This document shows, in pieces, positions 9,449-19,677 of a stretch of 64,000 bases of DNA. The DNA lies in the IMG/VR virus record IMGVR_UViG_3300011113_000640, positions 124,001-188,000 of that record. One strand, given 5' to 3'. The notes beneath the pieces were generated by a model that was not told the DNA's origin, made no database searches, and saw only the letters and a list, made by a program, of their open reading frames with translations. The position numbers and the translations under genes are program-made. Position 1 is the stretch's first letter. Each line of letters begins with the position of its first letter.

Positions 9449-10266
9449 AATCCTGATTCAATTTCTTTTACTGTGTATTCAGTATGACAAATTTCCGTCA
9501 ACCATTGGTCTCTATCCACTGTGTATGGTCGTTCAATATCATCTAGTTGTATGCTGACTGGATGAGCCAAGCTAGAGGAGTCTACTATAGGCCTGGTGCC
9601 GGCTAAAGCTGCTTGTATGCCCGGACCAGAATTGTAGTTGACCAAGGCATGACAGTCAAATGCCAAGTTGTAGCTGTCATAGGTATTGGCTACCCGTACA
9701 GGTTTTTCTATGACCACGTCCAAGGGCAAATGTACCAAGCCAGCCCAGTTCAACGGACTTCTGGGATGAGGGCGCACCACAATAGGACGATCCGTGACTT
9801 TGCGTAGTCGTTCTACTTGTTGAACTACCCAGCCTTCTATGCTGACCAGACCCACCGCCTGCTGACTGCGGGCATGTTGCGCCGCTATCACAATCCTAGG
9901 GTTACGACTTAGATTCACGGCCAGGCTTATACCCAGCTTTCTGGGCCGATCCCAATCCAAGTTTTCTGTGTGTCCATAGTATCCGTTGGCCGTTACGGAG
10001 TTCAAGGCAATCTTCCAGGTTTCTCCACGATACAAGGCACCTACATCAATGATTATCACAGGTTTGCCCGCGGATCTATATTGCGACCATACTGACTGGT
10101 TGGCGGCCATGCGTCCGGACCACAGCACACTCCATATGATAACTGCGTCGGCGTCCAGACTATTGGGTTCAACTGTGTGCCCTGCACTACGTAGACTGGT
10201 CAGCACGGCCTGCAACGCAGGACCGCTGTTTTGAGCACACTGATTTGGAAAGTAGGCCACACGCAT
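9424..10266 (-). CDS. Capsule polysaccharide biosynthesis-like protein (KpsC/KpsS-like GT-B)
   Basis: VVRPHP and NYNSGPGIQAALAG motifs. Confidence 0.6.
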   Translation of the reverse strand: MRVAYFPNQCAQNSGPALQAVLTSLRSAGHTVEPNSLDADAVIIWSVLWSGRMAANQSVWSQYRSAGKPVIIIDVGALYRGETWKIALNSVTANGYYGHTENLDWDRPRKLGISLAVNLSRNPRIVIAAQHARSQQAVGLVSIEGWVVQQVERLRKVTDRPIVVRPHPRSPLNWAGLVHLPLDVVIEKPVRVANTYDSYNLAFDCHALVNYNSGPGIQAALAGTRPIVDSSSLAHPVSIQLDDIERPYTVDRDQWLTEICHTEYTVKEIESGLWIQRLGL

Positions 10267-10268
10267 AA

Positions 10269-10284
10269 GGTTAAATATTTAACC
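10269..10284. promoter_or_regulatory. Palindromic bidirectional late promoter
   Basis: Perfect palindrome GGTTAAATATTTAACC, carrying TAAATA on both strands, between divergent ATGs at 10266 and 10285. Confidence 0.75.
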
Positions 10285-11073
10285 ATGAATCTACTACCCT
10301 TGCAAGGAAACCTGGATCAAGATCGATTCTTCGTGTTTGCAGCCGCAGACACTGTGTATTTTGATTTACATGCTAGACCATTGATCAACAGCATCATGAC
10401 CAATGTTCCTGACCTAGGCATTCACATACACATCTATGATCCTAGGCCAGATCAAATTGATTTCTGTCGGTCACGTGCCGGAGTGACCTGCACGCATGAA
10501 ACCTTGGACGACATGAGTTTTCAACAAGCCGCCGATTATTGGATGACTCGAACTGTGTTTTCCAACGAGCGTCAACAGCAAATGTATAAAAAAGGGCAAA
10601 AACTGGGTCGTGGTGAACTGTTGCGATTGATACGGCAGACCTACTATGCCTGTGGTAGATTTGTGAGATTGGCAGAATTGTTGCGACCCGGACAACGATG
10701 CTTGAGCATTGATGTTGATGGTCTGGTTCGCCAGCCGTTTGAACATCAACTTGGTGCCCAGGATTTTTATCTGTACGAGAAACCCAAAGACGGCACGCAC
10801 CTTGCTGGCGCTATCCTTTTCAATGGCACCGCAGGATCACATGAGTTCCTACAAGAATATGCACGACAGTTGCGTGCAAGCATGACCGAAGACGACCTAT
10901 ATTGGTTCTTGGATCAGTTCGTCCTGGATCAGTTGGTAAAACAGTATCGCACGGGCCACCTGCCCATGAGCTACATTGACTGGGCCATGCGCCCAGAAAG
11001 CGCCATATGGTCGGCCAAGGGTCCACGCAAAGAATTAGAAATATTCAAAAATGAACAAAGAAAATACATCTGA
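10285..11073 (+). CDS. Putative nucleotide-diphospho-sugar transferase (GT-A)
   Basis: SIDVD (DxD), LAGAILF and WFLDQ motifs; start reassigned to 10285. Confidence 0.6.
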   Translation: MNLLPLQGNLDQDRFFVFAAADTVYFDLHARPLINSIMTNVPDLGIHIHIYDPRPDQIDFCRSRAGVTCTHETLDDMSFQQAADYWMTRTVFSNERQQQMYKKGQKLGRGELLRLIRQTYYACGRFVRLAELLRPGQRCLSIDVDGLVRQPFEHQLGAQDFYLYEKPKDGTHLAGAILFNGTAGSHEFLQEYARQLRASMTEDDLYWFLDQFVLDQLVKQYRTGHLPMSYIDWAMRPESAIWSAKGPRKELEIFKNEQRKYI

Positions 11074-11080
11074 TCAAAAT

Positions 11081-11767
11081 TTACAATGTGGATCGATAGG
11101 CGATTAGTTTTTGAGCCCACTCGTGTCTGAGTTTACGCATTTCTGCAGATTTGTAAATTTTCTTTTGATTTGATCTATTGAGGTACGTTTGATCCAAATT
11201 GTTACCTGTTAGATCTGCACGATCATGAAACACTGTTGCGTCGATGCGTTGAATTGCCTGGGCTTCTAAACAAATGTGTTGTATCCAAGAATCATTGGAA
11301 TTTGATAAACTCACGCACCCAAATATGTTGGTCCAGACTCGTGGTATCAATGGAAACAATGCAAACTTGTCTCTATAGTTTTCGGTGCTCATATGCAATA
11401 ATCCCACAAAGTCTGCATGGTCTCTTATCAAAGAATCCCATCCTGGTGTTTTCATCACAGCATCATCATTCCATATCAATAACCATTGGCCGCGAGCATG
11501 TTCTGCCAACAAATTATAGTATTTGTGTAGTTCGGAATATCCCCAAATGGGAGTTTCAAATACTTTTGATACAGCCCCAAATGAATTTACAAGTTCATTC
11601 CATGGCATGGAATTTAGATACTCGCGACTTTGGTCATCGTCTTGATCAAATGCCACAGCTATTTCAATATCGGCAGGATTGTCTGCATTGGCCAACAATG
11701 AATGAATACTTCTTTCGACCAAGTGCGGCCGTTGGCGTGTGGGCAATAATACTGTGACCAACATCAT
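11081..11767 (-). CDS. Glycosyltransferase family 2-like
   Basis: VLLPTRQR, AFDQDD and WNDDA motifs; ATGA overlap with the upstream gene. Confidence 0.75.
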   Translation of the reverse strand: MMLVTVLLPTRQRPHLVERSIHSLLANADNPADIEIAVAFDQDDDQSREYLNSMPWNELVNSFGAVSKVFETPIWGYSELHKYYNLLAEHARGQWLLIWNDDAVMKTPGWDSLIRDHADFVGLLHMSTENYRDKFALFPLIPRVWTNIFGCVSLSNSNDSWIQHICLEAQAIQRIDATVFHDRADLTGNNLDQTYLNRSNQKKIYKSAEMRKLRHEWAQKLIAYRSTL

Positions 11768-12711
11768 TTGACCCACTGCCGCATGTGAGCCCACTGCCGT
11801 CCTGACCGCAGATCCTCAAAGCTCCAATGGCACTGGGCCAAGCGTCTGATCCATTGTTCTCGATCTGGCATGACAGGATTTTCTATCAAAGACAAATCTG
11901 TGTTGGCAACGTCGCCGCCTTGACTATAACCAGGGTCATCGGTGATAAAAGCCGGTATGCCTTCTATGGGTGCCACTGCACTTGGAGTAGAATTATGACA
12001 CACCAGGGCCCAACAGTTGACAAAATCTGCAGTGATATGCCGTTCTTGCGGACTCAAAGTCACATTGTATTTTTCAAAATTTATTTGGCTGGGAAAGTTT
12101 TTCCAATCTCCTGGATGCCAACGCACTCTTATGGGTCGGTCTGTGTATTGGCGTAGCTGATTCAAAGTTGATTCAAACCACTGTATCAAGTTTTGTCCTC
12201 GCATGCTCCAGCCCATAGGGCGTTGCATGCATATCAGTATGTGTGAACCTTGAGTGCGCCAGGGTTGCAAGTCCATGTTGTAGTGTGCTCGCATCCTGTT
12301 CCAATTTTCATCAGTGGCTGTTTCATTGCAATAGATACCTTCTCGAGGAAAAACACCGTTGAAACTGTAGCGTAGATATGTGTGTGGATTGGTCCGGTCC
12401 TTGTAGATGAACACATTGCTGTCAATACTGAGCCAATAACGACCACGCTGACGTTGTTCATCCATGACCATTTTCCTTACCTTGTAGTGAGGCAACAGAG
12501 TCTTGCGTGGATTGGCATCAAAAGCATTGCCAATTATGGCACCCACATCACAGGGTTCGTAGACCTGGCTATGTGTTACTTGGGCTTGATCTCCACACCT
12601 GGCCGCACCCTCGGCAAAATAAGTCAATGCATTGACCTTTTCGGTGCCATTGATATGCTTGGGCAAACTGCTTAGATAGCTTTTAATAATCAAAGGTCGA
12701 CCGTTGCTCAT
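11764..12711 (-). CDS. KpsC/KpsS-like GT-B protein
   Basis: IRVRWHP and CHNSTPSAVAPIEGIP motifs; paralog of 9424 and 12683. Confidence 0.55.
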   Translation of the reverse strand: MSNGRPLIIKSYLSSLPKHINGTEKVNALTYFAEGAARCGDQAQVTHSQVYEPCDVGAIIGNAFDANPRKTLLPHYKVRKMVMDEQRQRGRYWLSIDSNVFIYKDRTNPHTYLRYSFNGVFPREGIYCNETATDENWNRMRAHYNMDLQPWRTQGSHILICMQRPMGWSMRGQNLIQWFESTLNQLRQYTDRPIRVRWHPGDWKNFPSQINFEKYNVTLSPQERHITADFVNCWALVCHNSTPSAVAPIEGIPAFITDDPGYSQGGDVANTDLSLIENPVMPDREQWIRRLAQCHWSFEDLRSGRQWAHMRQWVK

Positions 12712-13735
12712 TTTCTTGCACTATATGCCAGGCTTGTCCTGTGACGATTTCGTCAATACTAAACTGTCCATAGGCCAGACTAGATAACCATTTGTAAACT
12801 ATTTGTTCATCCACCCGCGGCGGACAATCAATAAGACTGAGATCATTGCTGGTGACAAGGCTGGCAGCCGTAGGCGCCAAGCTGAAGCTGGGGATTCCTA
12901 CTTGCAGGGCTTCCACAGCAGCTATGCTGTTATAGGTCACCACTGCCCAAACATCATCATCAAGTGCATCATAGATATTGCTGGTGGTAGTTCTTTCTGC
13001 ACGTCCGGGTTTGTCTTTGATCACTACAGGACGATCCGTGTATTGTTGTATGGTGTCAATGGTGGTTTGTATCCAGGCGTCTCTATCTTCACCATAGAAC
13101 TGAAAGGGTTTTTCTGTGCTCATGATCAAAAGAATTTTATCACCCGGGCATTTGCGCCAACCCTGATAGGTCAATCCTGGATTGAATCGGCACAGTGCTT
13201 GCCAACGATCGTCGGGCACATCAAGAAATCTGCGTTGTTGCATGGCATTTTTTTCAATCCTGTGATATATTTTCCTACCGGTGGCATTGTTTTCACTGCG
13301 ATAGTTACCCAGGTAACCAGTTTCCATAAAGTAATAATCACGACCAGTTTGTTCAGCATGTTTGATATATGCTCCTGCGCTGATGCCACGCACCAAGATC
13401 GGATCTGTGATGGTATCCTTGGCACGTTTGTAATCATGGCTGGTCATGAATTGGCTTTCTGGAAATGCGGCCATGACCATGGCTGGATAATCACTGAACT
13501 TGGTCAGTCTAAAATAGCGTTCTTCTTTTTCTCTGATTAGCAACTCAAGATTTTTATCTATGCGTTTACTTTCTTTGTCATCTTGCAATCGGAACAACTG
13601 TCGCAACAGTTGAATCTCACGATATAATTTCAAGGTATCTTCTACACTGTGCTTGAGCGCACTGCACTGATCCACGTATCGCAACCTGTATTCTTCCATG
13701 GGCCAGCGTTCAACCACAGCTATGGGCAAGGTCAT
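12683..13735 (-). CDS. KpsC/KpsS-like GT-B protein
   Basis: METGY and VVTYNSIAAVEALQVGIP motifs; start set at the ATGA overlap (13735). Confidence 0.55.
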   Translation of the reverse strand: MTLPIAVVERWPMEEYRLRYVDQCSALKHSVEDTLKLYREIQLLRQLFRLQDDKESKRIDKNLELLIREKEERYFRLTKFSDYPAMVMAAFPESQFMTSHDYKRAKDTITDPILVRGISAGAYIKHAEQTGRDYYFMETGYLGNYRSENNATGRKIYHRIEKNAMQQRRFLDVPDDRWQALCRFNPGLTYQGWRKCPGDKILLIMSTEKPFQFYGEDRDAWIQTTIDTIQQYTDRPVVIKDKPGRAERTTTSNIYDALDDDVWAVVTYNSIAAVEALQVGIPSFSLAPTAASLVTSNDLSLIDCPPRVDEQIVYKWLSSLAYGQFSIDEIVTGQAWHIVQENEQRSTFDY

Positions 13736-14418
13736 AGAATCCTCTGTTGACAATATTCAGTGAGTATGCGTTCCCTGTGCCATTCATCTGCCTGCGGTGT
13801 GTCGGCAAATTCAGAGAAGCAGGGTGTGCCCAAGGTATAATGCAATAATTTAGCATCGGCATTGGCGCCAAATTCATCTGGCAACCAGTTCCATTCTATA
13901 GGTAATTCTCCAATACGTTCGTCATCCAGCCACGAAAACCTGTGCAGATAACTACCGGGCTGGCCTTGCACAAATTCAGGAGTAAGTTTTCTATTGGGCC
14001 AACTGTTACAGTTCCATAATATCACACTTGACCAATTTTTTCTAGGGTAATCTTCGTTCTTGGCACCCATGTATTTTTCTGTCATGCGTGTTTTGTAATC
14101 GTGCTTGACCACCATGACATCATAGTGCCCTTCCATGCGCATATTCCACAGTTTCACAATGTCATCACGTAATACCATGTCGCCGTCGATGAATATGGCC
14201 CAACCTGTATAACTCATGAGATGTGGCACTAGGAATCTGGTGTACACAAAATGATTGCTGTTGTCACCATGTGTTTCTTCATAATCTTGGAACAGATTTA
14301 GTGCCACCGGCACAATGGCCACGGGATGGCTGGCATGACGAATAATGCTGTTCACGCAAGTATGATAGGCTATGGCTTCTCTGGGATCGTATCCCACAAA
14401 GATTGGAATAGGTGTCAT
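13732..14418 (-). CDS. GT-A glycosyltransferase (GT8-like, T4-like phage type)
   Basis: IFVGYDPRE, FIDGDM, YPRKNWSS, EWNWL and LHYTLGTP motifs. Confidence 0.8.
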   Translation of the reverse strand: MTPIPIFVGYDPREAIAYHTCVNSIIRHASHPVAIVPVALNLFQDYEETHGDNSNHFVYTRFLVPHLMSYTGWAIFIDGDMVLRDDIVKLWNMRMEGHYDVMVVKHDYKTRMTEKYMGAKNEDYPRKNWSSVILWNCNSWPNRKLTPEFVQGQPGSYLHRFSWLDDERIGELPIEWNWLPDEFGANADAKLLHYTLGTPCFSEFADTPQADEWHRERILTEYCQQRIL

Positions 14419-15170
14419 AGCCTTACTATGTCTTCTTCGTCGCAACTATTACCATACTGAATTTCTACAATTTTCAAAGGCTGGTCTGTGGTATTACGCA
14501 ACTGATGCCATTGGCCTGGGTCTACCCAAAAATGTTCATGACGCCGTAGTTCATCTACAAACACAGGATCTCGAGCCAGTTTCATGGTATATACACTGCC
14601 TTGTCCTTCGCTGACTATCCAAAATTCGCTGCGATGATCATGATACTGCATGCTGATACTTTGTCCAGGATTCAGCGTGAGCTCTTTGACTTTGATTCCC
14701 GGCACTTCATGCAACACACGATAATAACCCCAGACACGTTCAGTTTTAGGAGCTTTCCACTCTTCAAGTATCCATGAACTGGAGTTGGCTTTGTCTTGGC
14801 CCCCGACTCCAAACACAAACTCTACACCTGGCACTGTCATTTCTGGAATGTTGTCCTTGGTGCGGTCACCACCATTGGCAAATATGATACGTGCATGTGG
14901 ATAGTGTGCGCGGACCTGTTGCAATAAGTGACAAGCAGTTCCATCCTCATCGTCAAAGGTATAGACTTCATCTACGGGTTTCAAGTTATTGAGTACCGCC
15001 AGGCGCTCAGTCCAGGGCATGAATGAACGACCTTTTTTACGGGCCAACCACTCGTCGCTGTTGATGCCCACAATCAGCTGGTCGCCCAGCATCCTGGCTG
15101 CTTTGATCAGTCGGATATGTCCAGAATGTACCGGATCAAATCCACCGCTTACTACCACTATAGTCGTCAT
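14415..15170 (-). CDS. Cytidylyltransferase-like (HxGH) fused to a mannose-6-phosphate isomerase type II cupin
   Basis: SGGFDPVHSGH and FANGGDR; C-terminal WGYY...SMQYH..RSEFW...EIQYG. Canonical TATAAATA lies 5 nt upstream of ATG 15170. Confidence 0.85.
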   Translation of the reverse strand: MTTIVVVSGGFDPVHSGHIRLIKAARMLGDQLIVGINSDEWLARKKGRSFMPWTERLAVLNNLKPVDEVYTFDDEDGTACHLLQQVRAHYPHARIIFANGGDRTKDNIPEMTVPGVEFVFGVGGQDKANSSSWILEEWKAPKTERVWGYYRVLHEVPGIKVKELTLNPGQSISMQYHDHRSEFWIVSEGQGSVYTMKLARDPVFVDELRRHEHFWVDPGQWHQLRNTTDQPLKIVEIQYGNSCDEEDIVRL

Positions 15171-15202
15171 GCGGATATTTATATGCCGTTTATGGCCCGA
15201 AT

Positions 15203-15958
15203 TTATCTTATGGCCAGACTGGTAAGATTCTGATCCAACCAAGTTACAACCAGGTCTTGTTGTCGCAAGTAACCGTGGGCCTGTATGGAGGCATCGGTAG
15301 ATCTGGGCAACAGTTCAAGTTCTGATAGAGTGTACCAATTGGTGTTTTTTGGATCTCTGGGCTGGTGTTGGCTTTTGTATGTGACCGCATGCACCCAACC
15401 GTTTTGTGTGTCTAGTTTGAAAAATCCATGGCGGCAGTCCCATCCTGTGGTGGCCAACATGTAGATTAGATTGACCAGGCTGTAATGATAGTATTGTCCA
15501 GGTGGTGAAAAATAATCCAGCTGTCGTTGATGTATGCGTTGCGTTATTGGCACACAAAGAGCCAGCATGCCGCCCGGACTGGCGACACCGTGCCAGTTGG
15601 CCAAGGTTGCCAAGGGATTTACGGCATATTGGAAACTGTCATGACACCACAAAATATCAAAACCAGACTTGGGAATTTGTATCTGGTTTTCAAAATCTAT
15701 TTGTTGATATGACACATTGGAGTATTTTTTACACAAATTCAATTTATCAAACAGATCTACGCCGGTGCACTGTATTTCAAGCGGCGTCTGGCTTTCGTCT
15801 CTGGTGGTTCGTGTGGCCCACCACTCTAAATCATCACCAGAACCACAACCTAGATCTACCACGGTTTTGATGCTGAACATGAAGTCGTCATATTCATACA
15901 GTTGGTTGAGTGTTTCTAAACTGTGAGAGTGACTGTCTGTAGTTTTCTCAAATTTCAT
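15203..15958 (-). CDS. Class I SAM-dependent methyltransferase
   Basis: VDLGCGSG, FDILWCHD and PGGML motifs. Confidence 0.85.
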   Translation of the reverse strand: MKFEKTTDSHSHSLETLNQLYEYDDFMFSIKTVVDLGCGSGDDLEWWATRTTRDESQTPLEIQCTGVDLFDKLNLCKKYSNVSYQQIDFENQIQIPKSGFDILWCHDSFQYAVNPLATLANWHGVASPGGMLALCVPITQRIHQRQLDYFSPPGQYYHYSLVNLIYMLATTGWDCRHGFFKLDTQNGWVHAVTYKSQHQPRDPKNTNWYTLSELELLPRSTDASIQAHGYLRQQDLVVTWLDQNLTSLAIR

Positions 15959-16407
15959 ACCTGTATATCCTCCATTCCGGCTGTGCGTAATCTCACGATG
16001 TGGCCACTCATCCAGGATTTTGAATCCAGACCTTTCATAATGCCCAGCCAGCGGTTGCGTAGCAAGGCCACTTCGTTGATAATTGTTTCAAAGTCTATGA
16101 CTTCATCTTCACCATCCACATATTTTTCTGCGTCTCTCGAAGTCAAGGCACGCTGATAACCTTCTAGGTATTTTTGGAAATGTCGGCGGCGTATCTTGCG
16201 TAGTTGTATGTTGAGGTGATTGAGTATGGCTTCAATTTCTTGAAGCTGATTGAATCTGTGTTCGGTGATACCAGGCAATTCTTTGATATTTTTTTCAATC
16301 AGTCCGCCCACACGCACATCACGTTTGGCATCTTCTAGCTCTTTTTCGTAGTAGGCTATGAAATCAGGAATATTGCCTAAATCAGCAACTACCCGGCTAT
16401 ACCACAT
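15955..16407 (-). CDS. uvsY: Recombination mediator UvsY-like
   Basis: Helical 150-aa protein with KYVDGED and LRTAGMED motifs, downstream of the RecA-like gene. Confidence 0.7.
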   Translation of the reverse strand: MWYSRVVADLGNIPDFIAYYEKELEDAKRDVRVGGLIEKNIKELPGITEHRFNQLQEIEAILNHLNIQLRKIRRRHFQKYLEGYQRALTSRDAEKYVDGEDEVIDFETIINEVALLRNRWLGIMKGLDSKSWMSGHIVRLRTAGMEDIQV

Positions 16408-16655
16408 TAATAATCCTCGTCATCATCCTCGTAATCCTCTTCTTCATCATCCTCTTCATCTTCATGATCTTTGAGATAACTGGTCAAGGCACGTTTGACT
16501 TCTGAATCGCTTTTGAATGTATTTTTGATTTCATCAGCATCTACATCATTATCAATCAATACACTTACCAAGGTTTCTGCCGCTTCGTCTCGATCTACAG
16601 TATTAACATACCGTCGTAGTTCAGTCCAAATTTCTTTAGCTAGTTCCGCACTCAT
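16407..16655 (-). CDS. Small acidic hypothetical protein
   Basis: 82 aa with a D/E-rich tail, inside the recombination operon. Confidence 0.7.
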   Translation of the reverse strand: MSAELAKEIWTELRRYVNTVDRDEAAETLVSVLIDNDVDADEIKNTFKSDSEVKRALTSYLKDHEDEEDDEEEDYEDDDEDY

Positions 16656-16657
16656 TG

Positions 16658-17716
16658 TTATTCCTCCGTGGCTGATTCTTCAGTACTTACCGTTTCTTTC
16701 TGATTTGCAAAGTCGGCCATGACCTTGTCCAAGCACCCTTCTTCGTTGCTTTCCCAGGCCTTGCGGAACTGTTTGATGATTTCTCCATCGCTGGTCACAA
16801 ACATGAGTCTGTTGCCATCCTTCTTTAACAGGCCTTTCTTTTCAGCCAAGTCCACAAGACCGCTGTAGGGATTCATACCTGTTTCATAAGGAATCTTGAC
16901 CTGCACGCCTTCAAAGGGCTTGGCATAGCGTGTTTTCATGACTTTGCAACCTGCACGGATGCCCATGACTTCACTGATCTTGTTGCCGTCTTCGTCTTCT
17001 TTGAGTTTCATCTTCTTCATGGCTACTACAATACTGGAAGCATAGATAAAGCCTTGACCGCCCGAAATTTTGTCATCAGGATCAAACATGTCCTGTGACG
17101 CATAGGTATGATTGGTACATACCAAGCCCACATTGTAGCTACCAAACATGTTGACACAATTACGAACAAGTGCTGTCAGTGCCTTGGGTTTGCGGCCCAG
17201 GTCACCTTTCATTTCGCCTGCGTCAAATTGGTTCACGTCAGTTGGGGTAAGCAACATGCCCAGGCTGTCAATGATAAACATGACCTTGGGACGCTCACCA
17301 TCGGGCAAGGCCTTGTAGTCGGCCATGAATGTGCTGATGGTCTTGGCCACATCATCGATCATGGCCATGCTCAGTTTAAGCAGTTTGCTTTCGCTGGTAT
17401 CAACCCCAAGTGCCTTGAGCCAATCTTCATCTAGTGCGTTCTCCGAATCAATCAGCACAACAAAGATACCTTGCTGTTGTGCATTCCTGGCAATGTTGCC
17501 ACTACAGATATAGCTCTTGCCTGCACCTGACTCACCAGCAAACACAGTGACCTTGCCAAGTGGAATACCCTTGTTGAAGTCTCCTGAGATCAGGTAGTTG
17601 AGTGCAAAGTTGCCTGTGCTGATCCAGTCTGTGGGATCGTTGAATCCGATCGACAAACCGTCAATGCTCTTGGTAATTTCCTTGCGGAATTTTGATACGT
17701 CAAATGGTTTACCCAT
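16658..17716 (-). CDS. uvsX: RecA/UvsX-like recombinase
   Basis: GESGAGKS, IDSENA, IIDSLG, NHTY and SGG motifs. Confidence 0.9.
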   Translation of the reverse strand: MGKPFDVSKFRKEITKSIDGLSIGFNDPTDWISTGNFALNYLISGDFNKGIPLGKVTVFAGESGAGKSYICSGNIARNAQQQGIFVVLIDSENALDEDWLKALGVDTSESKLLKLSMAMIDDVAKTISTFMADYKALPDGERPKVMFIIDSLGMLLTPTDVNQFDAGEMKGDLGRKPKALTALVRNCVNMFGSYNVGLVCTNHTYASQDMFDPDDKISGGQGFIYASSIVVAMKKMKLKEDEDGNKISEVMGIRAGCKVMKTRYAKPFEGVQVKIPYETGMNPYSGLVDLAEKKGLLKKDGNRLMFVTSDGEIIKQFRKAWESNEEGCLDKVMADFANQKETVSTEESATEE

Positions 17717-17725
17717 GATTTTCCT

Positions 17726-18631
17726 TTAGTGAAGTAATAGAGTTGCCCGATTATTGGCTTTAGAATTTTTATATAACATAGTTCTATAATACTTGAGATT
17801 TTTTTCTAAGTCTATGATATTGGCAATTGGAATTTGTGCTGCTATTGCTTTGACACCTTTTTGTTGTTGCCAGTTGATAAATTCTTTGCTGTATGGTATT
17901 GTTTGAGGTCGATCTAGATTGATTTGAAAAGCATATTCTAAAGTTTCATAATTATAATGATCGACGCAATCTAGATCGGTATCAAAATATTGCCATTTGT
18001 CGTAAAATTGCCTGCCAACATAGGTGTATCCAAAACTCAAATTTACCACATCATTGTTGCTGATCATGGTGTCTTGGAATGGATTATCAAATACTTGCCA
18101 TTTTGACTGTGATTTGAATTCAATGTCTTTGGCAAAAAAATTTTCTAATCTATGCACTGTCATGTTGACTTCTTCGTAGGGGAAAATGAATCCTAATTTT
18201 TGCATGGCTTCGGCCAGCCGTATTCGTCGGATTTCATCTGGATATAGATCGTGCAATCTCCATCCAAGTTGGCTGACAGTTTTGTCTTGTGAAAATCGCA
18301 GTCGATCTATGTCAACCATGTTTTGTTGAGACAGAACCCATTGTTCGTGTTGTCGATTTAGGAATTTTTGATCAAGATATTCAAGGAGATCAGTATGCTC
18401 GGCAAATTTTTGATCGCACAACAACGGCATCACAGTGTTGGTCAAAGTCACAGCACTGTGTAACTGATTCAAATAACTGTCAACCGATGAAGAAATATTG
18501 CCATCATCTGAGTAACTGTTACAACCATCGGCATTGGATTTTGCTACCACATGTTCCAATATGTCTGAATTATAAACAATATCAAACTCAATTGAATCGT
18601 TGGAATTTTCAAATATTAAATTTAATTTCAT
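17726..18631 (-). CDS. Hypothetical AT-rich protein inserted between SSB and recombinase
   Basis: 301-aa ORF with no motif I recognise. Confidence 0.65.
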   Translation of the reverse strand: MKLNLIFENSNDSIEFDIVYNSDILEHVVAKSNADGCNSYSDDGNISSSVDSYLNQLHSAVTLTNTVMPLLCDQKFAEHTDLLEYLDQKFLNRQHEQWVLSQQNMVDIDRLRFSQDKTVSQLGWRLHDLYPDEIRRIRLAEAMQKLGFIFPYEEVNMTVHRLENFFAKDIEFKSQSKWQVFDNPFQDTMISNNDVVNLSFGYTYVGRQFYDKWQYFDTDLDCVDHYNYETLEYAFQINLDRPQTIPYSKEFINWQQQKGVKAIAAQIPIANIIDLEKNLKYYRTMLYKNSKANNRATLLLH

Positions 18632-18693
18632 TATCTATAGGCAGGTAGATGCACAGGGAACGTATCCCTCCCTGTGCCCAATCTGTCAATGAC

Positions 18694-19677
18694 TTACTGC
18701 TTTTGACGTGCCCGGATCATGGCCAAGATGTCTTCGGCTTTTTGAGTCGAAGGTTTGGCTTCCACCGGTGCCGAAACTACTGCTGGAGCATCATCCTCAT
18801 CAAAACTGCTTGAAACCGCAGGTGCTGGTCGGGCCGCAGGTGCTGGCGCATCTTCGTCGGCGTGTACAGAACTGGATCCACCAGCCGGAGCATTGACACC
18901 TGCTGGGCGGAAATACTGGCCCCAACGCTCGGTATCATAGGTCTGGCCATCTACCGAAGCCTCGAACATTTCCTTGATGACCTTGACTTCGGCTTCGCTT
19001 GGCTTCTTGGGCAAGAATGTGCTCAAATCAAACAGGCCATGCTTGTCTACTGCGGCTTGTTCGGCTTCTGTGAGTGCGCTTTCTTTGCGTGCCCATTTGC
19101 TACTGTTGTAGTCAGCGAAACCACCTTTGGAAGTTTTGGTGATGCGGAAGTCCAAGCCACGCAACAAGTCTGTTGGCAATTCTTCCAGTTCTGGATCCAT
19201 CAACGCACCTTTGATGATGGTAAAGATCTGAGGACCAATGATGAATCTACGGATTGGATTCTCTGGAGTCTTGTCGTCAGCCAGTGGATTCTCACGCACA
19301 AAGCCTTGGAAAATGTAACTGCGTTTTTTCCAATACTTACGACCCATGTCTTCCAAGGCCTTGTCCTTGAACCAAGTGCGAACTTCTGTGAGCACTGGAC
19401 AGGCTTCTTGCCACATCTCCATGCATGGCACTTGGACGTAGACTTGTTTAGAATCTGCTTCGCCTTTGATGCCATTGAATGGCAAGCGGATCATGGCCCG
19501 TTCTTGCCAAAAGAATGTGTTCTTTGAATTACCATCAGGCAAGAAACGCAGAGTGGCACTTTGGCCTTCTTCCATGTTCCAATGTGGGTAAATCGAATTG
19601 TCACCGCCTGTGGAGTTTCCGCCTTGTTTGGATTCGCTAGCGGCTAGTCTTGCGCGAATTTCTGCTAATGATGCCAT
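18694..19677 (-). CDS. Single-stranded DNA binding protein (T4 gp32-like)
   Basis: LRFLP, CPV, YWKKRSY and GGFADYNSSKW motifs; Ala/Pro/acidic tail. Confidence 0.9.
   Translation of the reverse strand: MASLAEIRARLAASESKQGGNSTGGDNSIYPHWNMEEGQSATLRFLPDGNSKNTFFWQERAMIRLPFNGIKGEADSKQVYVQVPCMEMWQEACPVLTEVRTWFKDKALEDMGRKYWKKRSYIFQGFVRENPLADDKTPENPIRRFIIGPQIFTIIKGALMDPELEELPTDLLRGLDFRITKTSKGGFADYNSSKWARKESALTEAEQAAVDKHGLFDLSTFLPKKPSEAEVKVIKEMFEASVDGQTYDTERWGQYFRPAGVNAPAGGSSSVHADEDAPAPAARPAPAVSSSFDEDDAPAVVSAPVEAKPSTQKAEDILAMIRARQKQ

Noticed and set aside
18651-18677. GCACAGGGA/TCCCTGTGC hairpin downstream of the SSB gene
   Set aside because: A real stem, but without a U-tract it cannot be called a terminator; it may be a processing or stability element, and there is no further support.
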